Origin: an uncultured Chloroflexia bacterium
GTDB taxonomy: Bacteria; Chloroflexota; Ktedonobacteria; Ktedonobacterales; JADMIN01
NCBI GenBank assembly: GCA_963718915.1
Contig: CAVRAI010000003.1
Coordinates: 330,001 to 362,000, forward strand
Length of the DNA: 32,000 nt
Reading direction: 5' to 3'
Positions 14,947-25,211 of this stretch are shown piece after piece; the stretch's first letter is position 1; each line of letters opens with the position of its first letter. Made by a program: the position numbers and the translations under genes. The notes under the pieces are model-generated. The model saw only the letters and a program-made list of their open reading frames with translations. It was not told the origin of the DNA and made no database searches.

Positions 14947-16400
14947 GTTCCCAGGAGAAACCCGCCGCGATGGCCGGAGAGCCTGCCACCCCTTCAGGGC
15001 AAGACCACACGCCGGATACGAATACGACCGCCGATGCCCCATCAAGGTACGCGCCCACCACGCCGCGCTATCGCAAGCCCTGGCTCGATGCGCTGTTGCT
15101 TCTGGTCGCGCTGATCGAGTTGCTGGCGCTCTTTCCGCACAACCTGCGCGGCGATGGCGGGCCACGTTTCGCCGCGCTCTCGCAACTTCTCGAAGGTCAC
15201 GGCCTCCCCGCGATTAAATATTCGCTCATCGGGCCGCTCTTTTCCGCGCCGCTCTGGCTGCTGGGCAAAGCCACCTCCACGCCGCAGACGCTGGTGGAGG
15301 TCTACAACTGGCTCGTCTTCGCGATGGGCCTGCTGGCGCTCTATCTGCTCTTGCGCAATGTGATGGACCGCCGGGTGTTGCGGACGTTTCTGCTGCTGCT
15401 TGTAGCCGCCTCGATGTTTCCCGCGCACACGCTCTCGTTCTACGCCGAAACGTTCACGGCGGTCGCTGTGGCTATCGGCTCGGTGCTGGCGGTCTTTGGC
15501 AAACGGCTTGCCGCCCTCGGCGGATGGGCGCTGGCGGCGCTTGGCGTGGCCAATATCCCCGCGAGCATCCTGGGATTCGCGAGCATGGCGCTGCTCTATG
15601 CGCTACGCCGACGGCGGTTGCGCTATCTGGCCGCCGTGCTGGCAGCCGTCGCGCTGATCCTCGCGGAGGCGTGGCTACGGCGTGGCAATCCGTTCGCCAA
15701 TGGCTACGCGGGCGACTCCGGCTTCCATACCGTCATGCCCTACTCCGGCGGCCCCGGCTTCAACTATCCTATCTTCTTCGGCATCCTCGCGATCCTGCTC
15801 TCCTTCGGCAAAGGGCTGATCTTCTTCACGCCGGGACTCTTTCTGCCCGCGCGGCGCTATCTGCTGGCGCAGGGCGCGGAGAACGGAGCAAAGCTCTACA
15901 CGCTCTATCTGCTCTGGCTGGCGTTTGTCGGCGGCATGCTCCTTGTCTATGCGCACTGGTGGGCGTGGTATGGCGGCTGGTTCTGGGGGCCACGCTTCTT
16001 CCTCTTCGCGTCGATTCCCGCCGCGCTGGCGCTGGCCGTTCGGCTACATGCCCGCGACGCCGGGCTGGGGGCGAATCTGCTGACGCTCGTCGCACTCGCG
16101 CTCTCATTCTGGGTAGGCATCAACGGGGTCGTCTTCGAGCAACAGGGACTATCCGTCTGCACGGCGCACAACTACGCCCAGGAGTTTCTCTGCCAGTTCA
16201 CGCCGGAATTCAGCGCGCTCTGGCATCCATTCATCGTCTTTGAGCCTCTTTCCTCTGGCGCTATACTATACACTGCCACCAGCAGCGCTATCTTTCTTTA
16301 TCTCACGCTGCCGTTGCTCATACGCATGACGCGCCAGATCGCGGACTGGCTTCGTGGTACGGCGGCGGTGTACCTGCGCCGGGAAGCCTGGCGTCTATGA
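14943..16400 (+). CDS. Polytopic membrane protein, probable GT-C-type glycosyltransferase or accessory protein
   Basis: About 11 hydrophobic segments, with the motif HWWAWYGGWFWGPRFFLFASIPAALALA resembling the PMT_2/GT-C pattern. The GTG start overlaps the upstream stop (GTGA), which suggests translational coupling. An alternative ATG lies at 14970. Confidence 0.55.
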   Translation: MSSQEKPAAMAGEPATPSGQDHTPDTNTTADAPSRYAPTTPRYRKPWLDALLLLVALIELLALFPHNLRGDGGPRFAALSQLLEGHGLPAIKYSLIGPLFSAPLWLLGKATSTPQTLVEVYNWLVFAMGLLALYLLLRNVMDRRVLRTFLLLLVAASMFPAHTLSFYAETFTAVAVAIGSVLAVFGKRLAALGGWALAALGVANIPASILGFASMALLYALRRRRLRYLAAVLAAVALILAEAWLRRGNPFANGYAGDSGFHTVMPYSGGPGFNYPIFFGILAILLSFGKGLIFFTPGLFLPARRYLLAQGAENGAKLYTLYLLWLAFVGGMLLVYAHWWAWYGGWFWGPRFFLFASIPAALALAVRLHARDAGLGANLLTLVALALSFWVGINGVVFEQQGLSVCTAHNYAQEFLCQFTPEFSALWHPFIVFEPLSSGAILYTATSSAIFLYLTLPLLIRMTRQIADWLRGTAAVYLRREAWRL

Positions 16401-16437
16401 GCCGATCCTGTGTCACTGTGGGGAGATGACAAATTAG

Positions 16438-18957
16438 ATGGAACCGAATGAGGATATCGCCGCGCCAGATATGGATACCGTCGAGATGCCCGCGGCAGCG
16501 CCCAGCCCGGCGCCGGAGCAGCCCGATGCGCTCGCGGACGATGTGGTCGATACGGCGACGATTGAAGATGCCGAGACGACTATCCTCGAAGGCGTGGGAG
16601 CGACCAATAGATCTGATATATCGAGCGAGGACACGATCCAGTTCGCCGCCATGAAGCCCGACGTCGAAACAGCCGAGCGCGTTGATGATGATGTGGCCCT
16701 GGCTGATACGATGGTGGAGACGCCCGCTGTGCTCATGCCAGTCGTGCGGGGCACGCCACGCGCACAGTCCACCACGCACGCGCAGTCCATCCGAAACCGT
16801 ATCGCCCAGATTCCGTGGCTGCGCTATCCCGAGTTCTGGCTGGTGGTGGCGCTGGCGGCGTTCCTGCGCCTCTGGCGTATCGACCTGACAGAAATCCTGA
16901 GCGATCAGGTTCAACAACTGATTCTGGCGCGCGGCGCATGGCTCCATGGCGCGCTGCCCGTCACTGGCATTCTGGCGTCTATCGGCAACATGAGTCCGCC
17001 ACTGACCATCTACACATCCGTACCGTTCGTGGCGCTCAGCAAAGACCCGCTGCTCGCAACTATCGCGAATGCGCTCTGGAACGTGCTCGGCGTCGTAGTC
17101 TGCTATATCTTCGCCAATCGTTATTTCGGGCGGGTCGTCGCTGTGAGTGGGGCGCTGCTCTTCGCCAGTTCGGGCATGGCCGTCTACTATAGCCGCTCGA
17201 TCTGGGTACCGAACTACCTGCCGCCCACACTGATCCTGTGCATGCTCATGCTCTTCCTCGGCTGTGTTAGCGGCCGACGCGGCTGGTTCGCACCCCATGT
17301 CGCGCTGCTCATCATGGCGATTCAAATACAGCCGGCGTCCGCGCTGCTAATCCCTGTCTCGGTGGTGGGCTTCCTGCTTACCCCGCGCAAGGCGTGGCCG
17401 TCACGACGTGAGTGGGCGCTGACCATCGGGCTGGCTGCACTGCTGCTCGCGCCAACACTGCTCTGGGAGTCGATCAGTTCATTCCACGATATCCGCAGCA
17501 TTGGGCACTATCTCCTGAATACTAAGAGCACGTTCAGTCTCGACGTGTTTCGCCTGGTTGCGCAGATGCTCGGGGCGCCGAATCCAGGCGAGCTTGGGGC
17601 GAATAGCCTCTATGCGCAGACCGGCTCCTGGTCTGGCATCGTCAACGTCGCGGCGGTCGTCTGTTTTATCGTCGGATTGGCTGTGTTGACGGTGCGCCTG
17701 GGGCGTGTTGGGCTATACGTCTGGCGTGAGGAGACCGTTTCAGCGACTGGCTGGAAAGCGCGCGTGCGGAGCGGAGCGCTGGCCATCTGGCGCGGATTGC
17801 GCGCCGAGCCGGTCTGGCGGGCGCATCTGCTGCTCTGGCTCTGGATCGTTGTCCCGATTGTGCTGCTCCTGCGGAACAGTGGTACGCTCTATAGCCACTA
17901 TATGCTCGTCCTTTACCCGGCCATTTTCATCGCGGGCGGTTTCGCCTTTCAGGCTGCTTTCCGCATGACCGAGCAGTGGATACCGCGGGCGGCGTTCGCG
18001 CGCCAGGTTGCCCCTGCCGTCATCCTCACGGCGCTCACGGCGCTGGTGCTTGCGCAGGCCTTCCAGTCCGTGCTCTACCCGGCGGCGCTTGCCAGTGGCT
18101 CCTATAACGCATTCGAGAGCGCCTCCCCTGACCCCGGACGCGGCTATCCGCTGGCCGAGTTGGAGCAATTAGATACCACCCTTGGCACGCTCCAGGCCGA
18201 ACAGCACGCGCGCACCGTTTTCGTCAGCCTGCCTACGTACTCCCTTTACCACGACCCCATCCAGTACATGACGGTCTCCGAGCACAGCGACCGCGTCGGC
18301 TCCGCCGCCGATTGTCTCGTGATGCCCACGCCGGATGAGGAGCCAGCGCTGGTGGTGGCCACACAACCCGTGGGGCCAGCGAACAGCCTGTTGAGCAGCC
18401 TGCCTGAGCTGACACCAGTCGCGAGCCTGGCGATGGCGGGCAGCGCCAATATCGCGGTCTATCAGATGTCGGGCAAGTTGCCGCCATTGATCGGCGAACA
18501 GGCGCTATCGCCGATCACGTTTGCCGATGCGGCGGGCAATGGGCTACGTCTGGACGCAATGGCAATCCAGCCTGATGGTCAGATACGCCTGCGCTGGGCG
18601 GTGCTTGGCTCGGCAACAACCAGCCACGGCGTGCCCTGGTATCACATCGTGCCGTCGATGCGCTCAGCCAGTGGCGCTACCACCGCGTTGCCCGCCACCG
18701 ATTGCCAGCCGACCCGCTGGCGTGCTGGCGAAACAGTTTTTACCTGGGTATCCGGTAAGGGCGCGGCTACCGCGCAATCGCTTTTCCTCCAGGTGAGCGG
18801 CAGCGCGCGAACGGATAACTATACGTTGCGGTCCGCCGGTCCGCTACGGGTGTTGTCTGGTCAAACCAATAGCACGCCCATCAAAGTGCTGCGTCCATCA
18901 TCAGGCACAGTCGGAGCTGATGGCTCGGTCACCATCCCACTCGCGGCAACGCCATAA
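16438..18957 (+). CDS. GT-C fold glycosyltransferase, family 39/83-like, paralogue of 12655..14946 with an acidic N-terminal extension
   Basis: WLRYPEFWLVVALAAFLRLWRIDLTEILSDQVQQLILARGAWLHGALPVTGILASIGNMSPPLTIY...VVCYIFANRYFGRVVAVSGALLFASSGMAVYYSRSIWVPNYLPPTLIL. The C-terminal domain shares CQPTRWRAGETVFTWVS with its paralogue (CQPTRLQPGETLFTWVS). Confidence 0.75.
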   Translation: MEPNEDIAAPDMDTVEMPAAAPSPAPEQPDALADDVVDTATIEDAETTILEGVGATNRSDISSEDTIQFAAMKPDVETAERVDDDVALADTMVETPAVLMPVVRGTPRAQSTTHAQSIRNRIAQIPWLRYPEFWLVVALAAFLRLWRIDLTEILSDQVQQLILARGAWLHGALPVTGILASIGNMSPPLTIYTSVPFVALSKDPLLATIANALWNVLGVVVCYIFANRYFGRVVAVSGALLFASSGMAVYYSRSIWVPNYLPPTLILCMLMLFLGCVSGRRGWFAPHVALLIMAIQIQPASALLIPVSVVGFLLTPRKAWPSRREWALTIGLAALLLAPTLLWESISSFHDIRSIGHYLLNTKSTFSLDVFRLVAQMLGAPNPGELGANSLYAQTGSWSGIVNVAAVVCFIVGLAVLTVRLGRVGLYVWREETVSATGWKARVRSGALAIWRGLRAEPVWRAHLLLWLWIVVPIVLLLRNSGTLYSHYMLVLYPAIFIAGGFAFQAAFRMTEQWIPRAAFARQVAPAVILTALTALVLAQAFQSVLYPAALASGSYNAFESASPDPGRGYPLAELEQLDTTLGTLQAEQHARTVFVSLPTYSLYHDPIQYMTVSEHSDRVGSAADCLVMPTPDEEPALVVATQPVGPANSLLSSLPELTPVASLAMAGSANIAVYQMSGKLPPLIGEQALSPITFADAAGNGLRLDAMAIQPDGQIRLRWAVLGSATTSHGVPWYHIVPSMRSASGATTALPATDCQPTRWRAGETVFTWVSGKGAATAQSLFLQVSGSARTDNYTLRSAGPLRVLSGQTNSTPIKVLRPSSGTVGADGSVTIPLAATP

Positions 18958-19088
18958 GTCACGTAGGCGAGCAGAAGATCACTGGTTTGAAGAAGAGGCC
19001 GAAACACGACGACCTCACATTTCGTCTTGACATTAGAGAAGACGCTGCTCTGAGGCATCGGTCAACCTGGCACTTCAGGGCGTATTTG

Positions 19089-19117
19089 TTGCAATGCGAC
19101 GGTGGCGTCTGTAGAAT
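19089..19117 (+). promoter_or_regulatory. Sigma70-type promoter upstream of the small membrane protein gene
   Basis: TTGCAA (19089-19094), a 17-nt spacer, then TAGAAT (19112-19117). Confidence 0.5.
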
Positions 19118-19261
19118 ATTGTAGTTGGCGTTGCGCCCAGTTCGGCCTGCGTCTTCTCCGAACATCATCCTGGACAACATCCCGAAGAAGTTTTCGCCAG
19201 TCGCCGAGAATCCACCGGCGCCGGGCGCGTTCGAGCGTATCCGCGGGAAAGGATTGAGGCT

Positions 19262-19651
19262 ATGCTATCCTCGCGTGGGGCGAAACCGCTTGTGAGCATT
19301 TTTCTCGCGCTGCTGCTGGTGCTGGCATTTGTGTTGCCGTTCCTCCAGTACAATTTCCTGGCTGGCCCAATTACACCCTTCGACAAGGTGCAGGCCGGCG
19401 CAATTCGCTTCGGCATCATCATGGCGCTCGCGCTGATCTGGCTGGGTGTGCAGCTTTTCTGGAGGGCGCCCTCCGAGGCGACCAAACTTGGTATGGCTGC
19501 CTCCGCCACGATCATCTGGCTGGCGCTGGTATTCTTCTTCAATTTCGAGGTGGAGGGCATTGGCGGCGCAATGGCCTTCTTCGTCCTGATGGGCGGCCTG
19601 GCGGTTACGCTGATGTGGACGCGCTTTCTTGCGGACGAAATCAACTTCTAG
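19262..19651 (+). CDS. Small hypothetical membrane protein (about 4 TM)
   Basis: 129 aa with hydrophobic segments (VSIFLALLLVLAFVLPFL, IRFGIIMALALIWLGVQLF, ATIIWLALVFFFNF, AMAFFVLMGGLAVTLMW). A purine-rich RBS (AAAGGATTGAGG) precedes the ATG. The antisense ORFs here look like artefacts. Confidence 0.6.
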   Translation: MLSSRGAKPLVSIFLALLLVLAFVLPFLQYNFLAGPITPFDKVQAGAIRFGIIMALALIWLGVQLFWRAPSEATKLGMAASATIIWLALVFFFNFEVEGIGGAMAFFVLMGGLAVTLMWTRFLADEINF

Positions 19652-19994
19652 CGGATGTTTTGGCGGATGTTGGGGACGATGAGGATGATGAAGCTGGCTC
19701 CCAGGATGGCCACACGCGATGCGGGTCTTCATCTCCCAGTGATGTGACAGGGACAGAGACATTCTCGTTGTCCACTATGCAGACTATGATCCTGTGGCAG
19801 ACCCTTCCGTCTCCCACGGCTCGCCAGGCGCCACCACCCAATGCAGTGTCACCTGGAGTCGTAGGTAGCAGTGAGCGTCTCGTAGCCACGGGCGCTTGAG
19901 TACGTAAGGATTCATACCCTATTTTTGCTGGTGGCGTGATAATGGTGACGTGGATGCGGCTGTTTGGAAGCATCCGTTAAGGTAGGCAGCAAAT

Positions 19995-21972
19995 ATGTGG
20001 CAACGGTTCGTGAAATGGTTCTCGCCCCCGAAGCGCTCTCAGCGCGCATGGCACATTGGTGTGACGGCAATAGGGCTTATTGTCATTCTTGTTCTTCTGG
20101 GCGACGGATTGTACGGCCTCTTCACGCATATCAATCAATCGAATGCGCTCAATGCGAAGGCAACTCTCGACTCATCACTGACTGACGCCACGACACGCCT
20201 GAACGCGCCTGCTTCCATGCTGCAACCCATTCGCGACCAGGAACAGCAGGTGACCAAAACAACCGATGGATCGCTGGCGGGCTGGCAAAACGCCTCCCAG
20301 GAGTACACGCGGTTGAATGGGCAGGTTCAGACGATCATCGCGATGCCCGTATCTCAGGCGCGCGCCCTGGCACAGAAAGACCTGGATCAGTTCCAGACCT
20401 CCGTTGCCACGCTGGTGCAAGGCAAATACGTCGAAGCGCCGGGCTACCAGGGTCGGTTCCAGCAGGCGCAGACATCCTTCCAGAGCGCCAAGACGACCCG
20501 CGACTACTTCCTCGTCGATGGCTTCGCACAGGATCAGGTGGCCGCGCTAACCGCGTTTAAGCCTACCTACGACCGCCTGCAAGAGTTGACCACGATGGTC
20601 ACCTCCGAGCAGAAGCTGCTCTCGCAGATCACTGGTTCGCCGCAGTCCGCGCCGCTCCTGTGCGCCGATGGCGTTGGCTCGACGCCCGAAGAATACTGGA
20701 CCACCTACTACGATCTCATCGCGCATCCAACCGCGCGCGCCGGCTCGACGCCCGTGGAATCGCAATGGCTCAACCAGGATCTGACTCTCTTCCGCGCGGC
20801 GAGTTCGTCCAACGATTATGTGACGCTCAACCAGCTGCTCGATGGGCAGATTGCCCAGGTGCAGGCGACGAACGCCACGCTCGTTCCCGCTACGGCGGCC
20901 AGCTATCTGGCGGGGTTCAAAGCCGATATCCAGACCATCCAGGACTACACGACCAATGCCCAGGCCATCAAGGACTCCTTCGGCAGGATCCAGGGTCTGT
21001 CTACATTCTCGTCCCTCGGCATTTCGGGGTATAGCGTCAACGCGCCCTCAATGAAGGATCTGAGCAAAGATCTCACGTCCTTCCAGAGCCTGTACGATCA
21101 GGACGCGCAACTGCTCGCCAGCCAGACCTTTGGAGACTATAGCAAGGCGATCCAGCAGATACAGAAGCATCGTAGCAGCATGGCGTTCGATGTCACCTAC
21201 GCCAAGACCTTCCTCGACATCAAGACCTTTGTCGACCTGATCGCCCAGGGGCAGGCGCGTACAACCCTGAACAGTCAAAAGACCGGGGACAACAAGAAGT
21301 ATCCCGACGCCTACGAGTACGTCTATCGAGGGCACAGGCATCGGCGATGTGATCAATCCGGCTGCGACGAAAATATTCGGTGTCGGTCGTTTGTACAGCG
21401 CGAAGACTCTCACTGACTACCGGTATCTCGACACCGAGTTGCAGATGTTCATCCACAACATCCAGGCGATGTTGACGAATCTGGACGACAAGACCCCCTA
21501 CAACCAGCCGCACCAGACCGACACGGATCTGATGCAGTACTACGGCATCATGCAGGGCAACGTCATGGTCGTCTCGCTGCGCGAGCAGGTGGCGCGTTTC
21601 TACACAGACGGGAAGCTGGTCAAGGCGATCTATCTGACGACGGGCGCTCCCGACCTCCCCTCGGCGCCAGGTATCAACTGCGCCTCGCATGCGGTACAGA
21701 ACCAATTGATGGTCTCGCCCGACCCGCCTGGGTCTCCCGATTACTATCAGCCGACGCCGGTCAAGTTCGGCATCTACTACCACAACTATGGGCTGGAGAT
21801 CCACGACGCCTGGTGGCGCAACCAGTTCGGCCCACTGACGAACCTGCCGCACTATGACCCCGCCGCGTTCAACGGTGGCTCGCACGGCTGCATCAACATC
21901 TCGAAAGAAGACATGCCGTGGGTCTACTTCAATTTCGTAAACATGAAGAACATCCCGGTGGTAGTCTACTAG
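19995..21972 (+). pseudogene. Membrane-anchored L,D-transpeptidase (YkuD domain) split by a +1 frame change. Track ORFs 19995..21416 and 21349..21972 are its two parts.
   Basis: The first ORF has an N-terminal TM anchor (WHIGVTAIGLIVILVLLGDGLYGLF) and a long Gln/Thr-rich extracytoplasmic region. Its last ~30 aa (RGHRHRRCDQSGCDENIRCRS...) look off-frame. The second ORF carries the YkuD catalytic region (VVSLREQVARFYTDGKLVKAIYLTTGAP...GLEIHDAWW...GGSHGCINISKEDMPWVY) but has no export signal of its own. The second frame is open from 21271. Confidence 0.75.
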
Positions 21973-22019
21973 TCCAGGCTAGACCGCAAGCCTGACAGTC
22001 GCGAGCACAAGCACACAGA

Positions 22020-22045
22020 ACCCGGTGGATGTCGCTCCACCGGGT
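22020..22045. terminator. Hairpin between convergent genes (possible bidirectional terminator)
   Basis: ACCCGGTGGA-tgtcgc-TCCACCGGGT is a perfect 10-bp stem followed by TCTCTT on the plus strand. It lies between the L,D-transpeptidase stop (21972) and the RidA stop (22075). Confidence 0.55.
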
Positions 22046-22074
22046 CTCTTGCTCTCTGGTGCTCTGGCTGTCCG

Positions 22075-22557
22075 CTAGCTGCGAATAGCTACCTCGGCCT
22101 CGATCTCGACCGGGATATCGAAGGGCAACACCGCCATCCCAACCGCCGAACGCGCGTGGCGGCCAGCCTCCTCGCCATAGAGTTCGAGAATCAGGTCAGA
22201 GAAGCCGTTGATGACGGCGGGCGGCTGGTTGAAGCCGGGCGCCACGTTCACCATCCCAAAGACGCGCAGCCACGCCACCACGCGATCCAGATCGCCCAGC
22301 TCGCGCTTCAGGCTGCCAAGAATCGCCAGCGCCGTCTGCCGCGCCGCCGCGTATCCCTGGTCGAGCGACACCTCCGCGCCGACTTTGCCTCGCGGTTCCG
22401 CAATGGAGCCATCGGGCTCCAGCGGCCCGTGTCCCGCGACATAGGCTCGCCCCTCCCACACCCGTACATTGACAAATGGGAGCCGCGCTCCAGGCGGCCC
22501 CTTCATCGGCTCGGGCAACACCAGGCCCAGCGCCTCCAACCGCTTCTCGATTTCCAC
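22075..22557 (-). CDS. RidA/YjgF/TdcF-family protein (reactive intermediate deaminase family)
   Basis: IEKRLEALGLVLPEP...VRVWEGRAYVAGHGP...LDQGYAAARQTALAILGSLKRELGDLDRVVAWLRVFGMVN...RHARSAVGMAVLPFDIPVEIEAEVAI fits the RidA family. I chose GTG 22557 as the start (AGGAGG 9 nt upstream); the ORF is open to 22602. Confidence 0.85.
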   Translation of the reverse strand: MEIEKRLEALGLVLPEPMKGPPGARLPFVNVRVWEGRAYVAGHGPLEPDGSIAEPRGKVGAEVSLDQGYAAARQTALAILGSLKRELGDLDRVVAWLRVFGMVNVAPGFNQPPAVINGFSDLILELYGEEAGRHARSAVGMAVLPFDIPVEIEAEVAIRS

Positions 22558-22667
22558 GTGCAAGACCTCCTCTGTGGAACAGTCCACCATCCCCTGGCAC
22601 ATCTGCCACAGATGTGCGCCAATGATACAACGTGGTAATGGGTCGCGGCGTGCTACCAGCGCCGCAG

Positions 22668-22696
22668 TTGCCGAAATGCGCGCATATGCGTATAGT
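22668..22696 (+). promoter_or_regulatory. Sigma70-type promoter upstream of the APC permease gene
   Basis: TTGCCG (22668-22673), a 17-nt spacer, then TATAGT (22691-22696). Confidence 0.5.
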
Positions 22697-22780
22697 TTGT
22701 AGGTATTTCATCGGCAGGCGCCAGCAGGCGCTGAAGACCGATATCGTCTCATCATACTGATGCTGGAAGGGTATAGAGAA

Positions 22781-25027
22781 ATGGCGGAGGGACAGGGCGA
22801 CGGGAACGAGCCAGAACACTCGTTTATCCAGGAACCACTGGAACCTTCTGATAATCAGCCTGATCTTCGCGATGATCCCCTGTTCGGAGAGATCGTGAAC
22901 CTCCCTGGCGAGGCATCGGCTGACGACCAGACGCGCCGCATGAACGAGGCGCGCACGGGCCTGGAACGTCGCGAGGTTGTGCATGGCAAGCGGCGCAATG
23001 CCGACTATATCCGTGTGCAGTATTCGGGACGACGACAATTCCGCCATACCGGCGGAGGGACGCTTGAAGCCACTCCTGAGGCGCTCACACCTCAGAGCGG
23101 ACCCGGCAGGGCATGGGAACGAGTGCGGCGCGTGCTGCTGGGCGAGCGGCTAAGCAGCGCCGAGCAGGAGGCCGAGCGGCTCACCAAAGTGAAAGCGCTC
23201 GCGATTCTCTCCTCAGACGCCATCTCATCGGTAGCCTACGCGACAGAGGCGTCGCTCAGCGTCCTCATTCTGGCGGGCGCCGCGACACTGCAAATTAATC
23301 TCATTCTGGCGGGCTGTATCGCGCTGCTCATGGTGATCGTCGGCTCGTCGTATCGCCAGACCATTCACGCCTATCCGCAGGGGGGTGGATCCTACATCGT
23401 CGCCCGCGAAAACCTGGGCGTTCTGCCCGGACTGATTGCCGCCGCCTCACTGCTGATTGACTATGTGCTGACCGTCTCGGTGAGCGTTTCCGCCGGCGTC
23501 GACGCGCTGGTATCCGCCGTCAGGCCGCTCATGCCGTATAGTGTCGAGTTGGGCGTCTTCTTCATCGCAATCATTATGATCGTCAACCTGCGCGGTGTGC
23601 GCGAATCTGGCTCAATCTTCGCCGCGCCCAGCTACCTCTTCATCGGCGTCTTTCTGATCATGATCGTGGTGGGCGTTCTTCATGCCGCGACGCTGCCAGG
23701 AGGGCTGACGACGCATATTCCCGCAGTCAAGAGCCCGACGTTGGGCTGGGGATCAGAGCCGCTCACACTGCTGTTGATTCTCACGGCATTCGCCTCTGGA
23801 TGTTCGGCTATGACTGGCGTCGAAGCGATTTCGAACGGCGTTCCGATGTTCAAAAAGCCGGAGCCTCGCAACGCGGCGCGCACGCTGACCTGGATGATCG
23901 CGATTCTGGTCACGCTGTTTCTCGGCACCTCGTATCTGGCATGGCGCCTCGGCGTTGCGCCCTTCAGCACTGGCGAGCCGACGGTGACCTCCCAGATTGC
24001 CGAGAGTGTCTTCACCGGCGCGTTTAGCTGGATGTACTATGTTCTTCAGTTTGCCACCCTGCTGATTCTGGTGCTGGCGGCCAATACCAGCTTCTCAGGC
24101 TTCCCCTGGCTTTCCTCGATTCTGGCGCGTGACGGTTTTCTCCCACACCAGTTCTCGGCCCGCGGCGGTAGGCTGGCGTTCACCACCGGCATTGTCGTGC
24201 TCACGCTGCTCTCGACATCGCTGATGGTGATCTTTCACGGCAATACCGTGGCGCTGATCAATCTCTACGCCGTCGGCGTGTTTACCGCGTTTACTCTCTC
24301 TCAGACTGGCATGGTCGTGCATTGGTGGCGGCAACGAAACGCCGCCGGAAGACACTGGCGTCAATCAATGGCGATCAACTTCGTGGGAGCGATTGCGACG
24401 GGGATTGTCGCGATTGTGATTACACTGACCAAGTTTGTGCATGGCGCGTGGATCGTCGTCGTGCTGGTGCCCCTCTTCGTGCTGCTCTTCAAGGGCATCT
24501 CACGCCACTACGCCAGCGCGCGCAAGCAGATTGCGGACCTCCCGGTGGACGATCTACGGCGACTGCGCCAGATCATGGTAGTGCCAATCGCTCAGTTCGA
24601 CCGTGTGGCGCAACGGAGCATCGCCTATGCGCAGGCACTGGCCAACGAGGTGATCGTCATTCATGTGGCAACCGACTCAGAAGACAGCGCCGGGCTACGC
24701 CGCGCCTGGAACATCTGGAATGCGCGGCAGATAGCGCCGGACGACGATGCGGCGGATTCGGGGCACGCCAGAAGGCTGCCGCAGTCGCCGCCACGGCTGG
24801 TGGTCATCGACTCACCCTATCGCTCGCTGACAGGCCCATTGATCGCCTATGTAGACGCTCTGCGCGACTCACACCCCGAGGCCGTCATTACGGTGGTGCT
24901 GCCAGAATTTGTGCCCGCCCACTGGTGGGAGCGCGCGCTGCATAACCAGACCGCGCTCCGTCTGAAGCTGGCGTTCTACACTCACCCCAATGTGGTAGTG
25001 GCGAACGTACCCTATCACCTCCGATAG
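22781..25027 (+). CDS. APC-superfamily permease with a long N-terminal cytoplasmic region and a C-terminal soluble domain
   Basis: KVKALAILSSDAISSVAYATEASLSVLILAG...SSYRQTIHAYPQGGGSYIVARENLGVLPGLIAAASLLIDYVLTVSVSVSAGVDAL is typical of APC family permeases, and there are about 12 TM segments. ATG 22781 has GGAAGGG upstream; the ORF is open from ATG 22760. Confidence 0.8.
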   Translation: MAEGQGDGNEPEHSFIQEPLEPSDNQPDLRDDPLFGEIVNLPGEASADDQTRRMNEARTGLERREVVHGKRRNADYIRVQYSGRRQFRHTGGGTLEATPEALTPQSGPGRAWERVRRVLLGERLSSAEQEAERLTKVKALAILSSDAISSVAYATEASLSVLILAGAATLQINLILAGCIALLMVIVGSSYRQTIHAYPQGGGSYIVARENLGVLPGLIAAASLLIDYVLTVSVSVSAGVDALVSAVRPLMPYSVELGVFFIAIIMIVNLRGVRESGSIFAAPSYLFIGVFLIMIVVGVLHAATLPGGLTTHIPAVKSPTLGWGSEPLTLLLILTAFASGCSAMTGVEAISNGVPMFKKPEPRNAARTLTWMIAILVTLFLGTSYLAWRLGVAPFSTGEPTVTSQIAESVFTGAFSWMYYVLQFATLLILVLAANTSFSGFPWLSSILARDGFLPHQFSARGGRLAFTTGIVVLTLLSTSLMVIFHGNTVALINLYAVGVFTAFTLSQTGMVVHWWRQRNAAGRHWRQSMAINFVGAIATGIVAIVITLTKFVHGAWIVVVLVPLFVLLFKGISRHYASARKQIADLPVDDLRRLRQIMVVPIAQFDRVAQRSIAYAQALANEVIVIHVATDSEDSAGLRRAWNIWNARQIAPDDDAADSGHARRLPQSPPRLVVIDSPYRSLTGPLIAYVDALRDSHPEAVITVVLPEFVPAHWWERALHNQTALRLKLAFYTHPNVVVANVPYHLR

Positions 25028-25080
25028 GTCTGGCGCACAGGTCGCGCAACACCACCATGTACCCCCATTGTCGCCTGCGG

Positions 25081-25109
25081 TTGAAACGCCAGGAGCTACA
25101 GCCTATACT
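25081..25109 (+). promoter_or_regulatory. Sigma70-type promoter upstream of the zinc-ribbon membrane protein gene
   Basis: TTGAAA (25081-25086), a 17-nt spacer, then TATACT (25104-25109). Confidence 0.55.
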
Positions 25110-25211
25110 GAGGGCTAATGGCCTATTTTGAATGTCGCGCTTGGCAAGAGGCTAAACATTCCTGACAGGACGTAGGGTGTGGGGTGCTTGTGGGGAGGAG
25201 TGGCATGACTT

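Noticed and set aside
19023-19044. Hairpin CGTCTT-gacattagag-AAGACG downstream of the third glycosyltransferase gene, considered as a terminator
   Set aside because: The stem is only 6 bp, the loop is 10 nt, and no U-tract follows. This is too weak to call.
19652-19994. 343-nt spacer with ORFs 19615..19899(+) and 19641..19973(-), plus a GGATGC...GCATCC hairpin (19953-19976)
   Set aside because: Neither ORF has coding-like composition or an RBS. The hairpin lacks a U-tract, and I found no recognisable riboswitch or sRNA signature. The region is left unannotated.
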